A stretch of 64,000 bases of DNA from Folioceros fuciformis (lineage: Eukaryota). The position numbers and the translations under genes were made by a program. The notes beneath the pieces were generated by a model. It was given only the letters and a program-made list of their open reading frames with translations. It made no database searches and was not told the origin of the DNA. Shown piece by piece: positions 57,372 to 64,000 of the stretch; position 1 is the first letter of the stretch; the number at the start of each line of letters is the position of its first letter. The DNA lies in assembly GCA_049999805.1 (NCBI GenBank), contig JBNGIO010006148.1:105553-169552 (forward strand). Reading direction: 5' to 3'.

Positions 57372-60300
57372 TGTGGAACGGAAAAGTTTGGCAATAGGCC
57401 TAAATTAGTTTAGGAAAGCCTAACTTGGTTTCTTTTTGTTTGAACAGTTGGAAGTTGCAAAGGAGGCATGTGGAGGGCAAAAACTAGGCAAGCGCCCATG
57501 GTAGGTAGTGAGCGGCTAGTGAAAAATTTATTGGATTTGTTTAGTTTTATTTTGATAGGTTTGGTGTGTGGCAATAGGACAAGGTAGAAGCTAGGCAAGT
57601 GCCTACATTAGGTAGTGAACAGTTGGTGAAAGTTTTATTGGATTTGTTTTGTTTTGTTTTGATAGGTTCGATGTGTGGCAATAGGACAAAGTAATACCAC
57701 GCGCCTACATTAGGTAGTGAGTAGTTGGTGAAAGTTTTATTGGATTTGTTTAGTTTTGTTTTGATACATTCAATGTGTGGCAATAGGACAAAGTAGTACT
57801 ACGCGGCTAGTGANNNNNNNNNNCATTCAATGTGTGGCAATAGGACAAAGTAGTACTACGCGGCTAGTGAAAGTTTTATTGGATTTGTTTAGTTTTGTTT
57901 TGATATGTTGGATGTATGGCAATAGGACAAGGTAGTAGTACTATGTCGGAAAAAGAAGATAACTACATAGGATCTCTACCTACTTAGCTAGAACAATACC
58001 TAGCTATATAGCATGGAAGATACCTACATAGGGAAAGTATTTATAGGGGAGCCCTATATAGACACCCCATTGACGAAAAGGAAGTGGTAGAGAGCCAATC
58101 TATGTAAAGAACCTACCTACGGTAATGGGGTAGGGAGCTTACCTAAGTAAGGAGCCGACGGCAAGGTGGGAATAGAGAGTGTACCTATGAAAGTGGCATC
58201 CTCACTCTATGTAGGGAGCGAGAATCATAGGGGACAAACCCTCCACCAAAGGGAGGAGTTACTTGAGTTGAAGGACAAGCGAGCCCCTCCCCTACCTACT
58301 TCGGAGTGATATGTAGGTGGTGGTAAAAGGACGCCCAAGAGATCAACACAAAAAAAGGTCCGATGGAAGGTTACAAATCTAAGAGAAGAGGAATCTCATT
58401 AATGGAGTGCCCAACGACAGCTAAGGCAACCGACCCCACCTCCCTTTAGGAGCAGTCCTAGCTACTCCCTTTTGAAGCGGAGCCTAAGAATCCCTAATGG
58501 TGGCAAAGACAATTCCTAACTTTCAGTGGCACACATTGCTCTAGTATATTATTGCTAGGCCTTAGTATCTTGATAGGTTTGTATATGTAAGTCTAGTGTG
58601 AGAGAGGGGTAGTCCACCACCTACATGTAGGAGAGGGTTCATGTGTTGAGCTCTCCTATAAGAAGGGGCTACAAAAAGAAATGAACCACCACATTGTGCA
58701 CTCTTCTCATGGCGAGTTGTCATGCTCAAAAAGCATAGGAATTTTGTTGCTGATTGTGTGTGTGGAACGGAAAAGTTTGGTAATTGATCTAGGAAAGTCT
58801 AACTTGGTTTCTTTTTGTTCAGATTAGTTCGAAGGGAGGCATGTGGAAGGTAGGTTTCTGGGCAAGTACCCATGGTAGGTAGTGAGCGGCTAGTTAAGGT
58901 TTTTATGGAGTTTTTTTAATTCTATTCTGGAAGGTTAGAATAAGAAGATACTTACATAGTAGGATGTCTACCTACATACGTAGAGAGAGTACCTACGTGG
59001 GAAAATGGAAGATACCTACGTAAGTAGGGAAGGTACTTATACGGTAGACACCCCACCTACAACAATGGGGTAGGCTGTCTACCTACGACAATGGGTGGGA
59101 ATGGTAGGGAACCTACCTACGAGAGGAGGGGTAGGGAACCTACCTACGAGAAGAGGGGTAGGGAACCTACGTACGAGAAGAGGGGAAGGAATGGTAGGGA
59201 CCCTACCTACGAAGGGAGCAACAAGTACCCTACCTACAGAGGGAACATTCCCACACTACGTAGGGAAGGAGCCTCAACTTGAGGAACAAGGGGATCCCTC
59301 CCCTACCAAACTTGTAGGTGGTGGTGAAGGCATAGCCCAAGAGATCCACGTAGAGGAAGGTACCATGGAAGCTCATGGATCCAAAAGAAGACGAATCCCA
59401 ATAATGGAGGGGGGCCAGTAGCTCAACCTTCAGACTCTGCCTCCCTTCAGGAGCCATCCTAGCCACACCTTTTTGAAAAGGGGGTCAACGAATCTTCTAT
59501 GGCGGCACCGACAGTCCTAATCTTCATCGGCGCGCACTGCCCTAGCAATTATTGGTAGGACTTAGCCTCTTGGTAGGTGTGTGTAGTTAAAGTCGGTGGC
59601 GACTAGTATGAGAGAAGGGTAGCCCACCACCTACATGTAGGAGAGGGTTCATGTGTCGATCTCTCCTATAAGGAGGGGCTACACAAAGAAATGAACCACC
59701 ACATTTTGCACTCTTCTCATGGCGAGTTCTCATGCTCAGCAGAGTGTAAGAATCTCGTTGCTGGCTGTGTGCCATCACAGCGTGTGGGCAAGCGGGTATG
59801 GTATCCCTACTAGGCACCCGCTCACATGTATCGTGGCCACATCAATCCCATGGTCGTTGTAGATTTCCCTGGAATCGCTCCCCTCTGAGCCTGGTCAGCT
59901 ACGTCTACCGCTCCCCTACACTAGTCAACTCTCCTAACCACGTACCTACCAATCTGGCCACATGTCCCATCAATAGGTAGGCACCATTCCTTCACTTGGA
60001 AGGGCCCCAGTACCTCCCCTACTGATTTCTACCTTCCAATCACGTTCCTACCAATCCTGCAGCACGTCCCGTCAGTAGGTAGGCACCATTCCTTCACTTG
60101 GAAGGGCCCCAGTACCTCCCCTACCGATTTCTACCTTCCAATCACGTTCCTACCAATCGTGCAACACGNNNNNNNNNNNNNNNNNNNNNNNNNNNNNNNN
60201 NNNNNNNNNNNNNNNNNNNNNNNNNNNNNNNNNNNNNNNNNNNNNNNNNNNNNNNNNNNNNNNNNNNNACCTCCCCTACCGATTTCTACCTTCCAATCAC

Positions 60301-60915
60301 GTTCCTACCAATCCTGCAACACGTCCCGTCAGTAGGTAGGCACCATTCCTTCACTTGGAAGGGCCCCAGTATCTCCCCTATCGATTTCTACCTTCCAATC
60401 ACGTTCCTACCAATCTTGCAGCATGTCCCGTCAGTAGGTAGGCACCATTCCTTCACTTGGAAGGGCCCCAGTACCTCCCCTACCGATTTCTACCTCCCTA
60501 CACTCAATACCTTTTCCTCACAAGGCTCCCTACAACACCATCCTCTACCCACAATCTAGCTGCTCATCTCCCTNNNNNNNNNNNNNNNNNNNNNNNNNNN
60601 NNNNNNNNNNNNNNNNNNNNNNNNNNNNNNNNNNNNNNNNNNNNNNNNNNNNNNNNNNNNNNNNNNNNNNNNNCCCTACAACACCATCCTCTACCCACAA
60701 TCTAGCTGCTCATCTCCCTACACCCAATGACCAACAAGTTTTCCTCCGAGCCTACTCCGCTCCCTCCAACTCTGTTTATTGTTTGCCGACGATATTCAAT
60801 CTTTCCCAGCGCGTACCTTCTTACCGTCCAATCGGTAAGAAGGCACCATTCCTTCACTTGGAAGGGCCCTAGTACCTTTCTCTACCGATTTCTACCTCCC
60901 TACACCCAACATCCA
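57372..60915 (+). repeat. Nested non-coding repeat: two related head-to-tail units (57372-58760; 58761-~59770) plus internal ~92-bp, 24-bp and ~91-bp tandem arrays
   Basis: tgtggaacggaaaagtttgg at 57372 and 58761; shared ccaccacctacatgtaggagagggttcatgtg; arrays at ~57500-57940, 59104-59210 and ~59935-60500. Confidence 0.8.
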
Positions 60916-61859
60916 TGTAGGAAAACAGGCTCCTATAAAATTAGGTGAGCTTGTAGGAGGAGGTAGTCATTCACTTTGGGAGTCAGTCTGTCACTTCGTG
61001 AGCTCTTGGAGGTACTCTCTTCACGAGCTCTTGTAGTCTGTCCCTGCTTGGTTTAGGACCTGCAGTGTGTTGCCGGCTGTGCAACGTCTGGTAGGATCGC
61101 GGGCAGCGTGTTGCCGGTTGTATAACGTCTGGTAGGATCACAAGGTGTAATGACCAGGGTGAAGGGGCTTGCCCCTAGCTCTTGATTGTAAAGGATGTGT
61201 CTTTCTCTCGACCTGTCCACTCTTGTTCCCTGTTTGGACAAGTGCTATAGGCCGGCTATGTTTCATGGCGTCTAGTAAGGTTGTGGGGAGGAGATATCCA
61301 AAAGGGGAGTGTGTTCCCTTCTTTCTTTTCTTTGGGGTTAGTCTAGTGACTCTTGCCGAGTAGGAGGAGTCAGTAGGGAAGTGTAGAAGGTAGTGGTGTC
61401 GTTGTTGGTTGCTGGTGTTGGTGCTGGAGCAAGAGAGTGAGTGAAGGGAGTGAGGGAAGTCACAGATCTGAGAGGTTAGGGTCGTTGTAGTGACTGGAGC
61501 GAGTTTGTGGGCACCGATAGAGGTGCAGCTGACCGCTGGACAGCGAGGCTTGTCCTACGCCCGATCGAAGCTGGAGGGGAGCCCTCGAATCCATCATCGA
61601 GTCGATTGAGTCCGACCCTCCATCCACAGCAGCAAGGAACCCCATCGCTTCTTCGTGGAAACAAAACCCAATGTCTCAACGATAGTGGGATAAGTGTGGC
61701 CACTAAAGGTGGAACCCGTCAACAATCAGTGCCCGGGGTTTTGCCTCCACAAGTGGGGAACTGAAAAAGCATTCGGAAGGCTGTGTTAACATCCCGGCGG
61801 AAGGTAGAGACTTGAGTGGTCTTCTTTTTGTTGCCAATCGCAAAGTTTTTTTTTGTGGT

Positions 61860-62210
61860 GTCTAGTTGGGAGTGTCAGATGTAGGGAGATAAGTAGTTGG
61901 ATTGTTGGGTTGAGGAAGGTGTCGTTGGGAGTCTTCATGAGAAAGCGGTATTGAGTGTAGAGGTAAAAATTGGTAGGGAGAGTACTTAGGTCCTTCTAAA
62001 TAAGGGAATGATGCCTTCCCACTGTCTGGACGTGATGTAGGATTAGAATGTATGTGATTGGGACTGTGGACTATCGTAGGTGAACGATAAATATAGCTAG
62101 GGTAGTTAACCATTGGGATTGAAGGGAGCTATTCCGGGGAAGCCTACAATGACTGTGGGATTGATGTGGCCACAATACCTATGGTTGGTGTTTGGTTAGG
62201 GTACCGTACC
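61860..62210 (-). repeat. Inverted, diverged copy of the 59795-60730 repeat
   Basis: The reverse complement contains gtggccacatcaatccca…cattcc(c)tt…gaagg…agtac…cctacc(a)atttttacctc…cactcaatacc…atctccctaca. Confidence 0.75.
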
Positions 62211-63279
62211 CACTCACCCACAAGGATATATGTATAAGCCTAAGCCTAGGCATTCTCAGGGTGGGGGAAACTCATTTCTCAAAGAGGAGATTGAGTTGTG
62301 AGCCTTGTGTGAAGAGAGCTTGGAGAGTAGGCTTGGCAAGAGTTACAACTCCCTTGAATCTAACCTTTTCACTCCACAAAAGGTAACACACAATTTTGTA
62401 GACTTTTGCAACTATCAATACCCTTGAAAGTCATAGCAAAATACTAGGGTTCAAGGTACATCCAAAAGGCTTACACAACAAAGTCTCTCATAACTCATAG
62501 ACCACCTTATTCAAGTATTACTCTTCATTCTAAAGACTTACACAACAAAGCAGGTAGCAATCTACACTGAATTAGGTATTGCCCTTAACTTGTGACAAGA
62601 TTGATCTCATAACGCTTGACAAGTTTCACTTATTCACTCCTCATGGAGAAGGTTCTTTGAGGCCAATACTACCACCTTGTTTACTCGCACGACTTTCGAT
62701 GAAAAGATGTTGCTTGAATTGTCCTTTGAAGAAGATAGCAAACAAGGAGCATCTACGCATTGATTTGTAGCTTCTCTGAGACGCTCTAACCAACCCTTGG
62801 ATTCCTCCACACATCCTCACCAAAAACTATAGCTCTATGTCTTGTGTCATTTTTAAGAAATTTGTGCATGTGCACATATACAAGCCAAAATGGCTTGCCC
62901 ATTGCCTCTTTTGAGGACTCACTCACTCATTAGCCTTGGTTCATTTACTAGGTGAGAGGGAGACCTTTGATCACATAGAGTGCTAATGTGTGAATTGTGG
63001 ACATAGTCCACTTTTGAAGCTACAAGCACAGGATGGGTGTGGCCACAAACGCTTACCCAACATCAAAATTACCAGTTATCAAAATTTCTAGTCCCAAGAT
63101 CTTGCCATAGCACTATCAATTTTCCAATACACCATTAAGTTATCAAAAATTAACCTTGTTTTTTGAAAAACTATCAAAATTATATTTTCTTTAACTCAAA
63201 AAGTAGAGTTTGTCTCCACTTCATAAGAGACCTTATTACAAACGAATCTAGAAAGATACTCTTAGTTCCTATTGTTTTC

Positions 63280-63498
63280 TATAATGAAGAACATAAAGTT
63301 AGAATCAGGGATTGCCTATTGTAGTAAATATTTACTCAAGCCACATACCTACCATGCATCACACCATGGAAATTGGGTTTGTTGATGTTTATATAGTGAA
63401 GAACATAAAGTTAGAATCAAGGATTGCCTACTGTAGTAAATATTTACTCAAGCCACTTACGCACCATGCATCACACCATGGGAATTGGGTTTGTTGAT
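63280..63498 (+). repeat. ~112-bp tandem duplication
   Basis: gaagaacataaagttagaatca…ttgggtttgttgatg occurs twice. Confidence 0.85.
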
Positions 63499-63644
63499 GA
63501 TTCACTTCATGGATCATCAACGGGTGAATTATAATGATGCCATGAAACTTAATTTGGAGATGGCTGGCATGCTGAAAGTGCAACTCATGAAAGCATGAAA
63601 GCTTTTACTTTGCCAAGGACATCTCAAAACTCATCCTACTCATT

Positions 63645-63980
63645 GCGAAAAAGAAGACTTGCAAGTACAGGCCCATGCAGTAGGGTCATTTGTTCATCCC
63701 TTTGCTATTGAAAGCATGGGGCCATGGGTAAGGATTTTTCCCGGTTTTTGAAGACATGCGCGAAGGCCCATCACATTAGCAGGAGTAGAGTAGGGCTTTC
63801 CCTATTCGGCATGGTGGCATTTTTCCGGCAATGGGTTTTGATTGCGCTACAAAAGGCCTCGACAAACATGATTTTTTAGACAACATCATGCACGGTGGAT
63901 GTGGCTTCAACGGCCCTGGTGGTAAGTTGGCCATACATTATACTTGAATGTGACATCTAGGGGGCGATAGAAGTTACAGG
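63645..63980 (+). mobile_element. Degenerate 3' fragment of a second CRE-like element
   Basis: Translates to KYRPMQ*GHLFIP…GKDFSRFLKTCAK…VAFFRQWVLIALQKA…VAS, paralogous to 38860-39305 (KYSPLQDGHTFIPLAL…GKDFSRFIKECAK…VAFFRQCVSIALQQA). Confidence 0.82.
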
Positions 63981-64000
63981 ATAGGCGGACAAGGGGGTTA

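Noticed and set aside
60916..61260. Possible additional LTR (tgtagg…ggaca) with PBS-like agtgctataggcc
   Set aside because: No TSD, second copy or convincing tRNA complementarity was found.
1..64000. tRNA/rRNA/snoRNA genes, organellar insertions, horizontally acquired bacterial genes
   Set aside because: None could be recognised by eye; a covariance-model and BLAST search would be needed to exclude them.

Overview
Eukaryotic nuclear DNA from a seed-free land plant, most likely a hornwort. This is inferred from short ~80-150 bp GT-AG introns, very high gene density, a 'WW-type' PLS-PPR gene and a sperm-flagellum SHIPPO-repeat gene. Two compact gene islands are separated by transposon blocks. 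Island 1 (8.7-29 kb): TLC-domain protein, YacP/NYN nuclease, transaldolase-like, SEC23D-like, USP-like plastid protein, fibrillin, ACD11-like GLTP, UTP25. Island 2 (40.7-55 kb): bicupin, giant PLS-PPR, eIF4E, TSSC4, cytochrome b5, ODF3/SHIPPO-repeat protein. Repeat blocks: 1-8.4 kb (LTR end with PBS; a solo LTR inside a decayed unidentified ORF), 29.3-39.8 kb (decayed Ty3/gypsy chromovirus; CRE-like RLE non-LTR element between tandem arrays) and 57-64 kb (nested non-coding repeats; a second CRE-like fragment). The most notable observations are: (i) the chromovirus has AG...CT rather than TG...CA LTR termini; (ii) the CRE-like element has MADD at the RT active site; (iii) the ~38-motif WW-type PPR is truncated before the deaminase and its PPR code reads as a codon-phased hydrophobic stretch; (iv) a legumin-related cupin carries a signal peptide. 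Family assignments come from recognising motifs, not from database searches, and no clearly new multi-gene system could be demonstrated.
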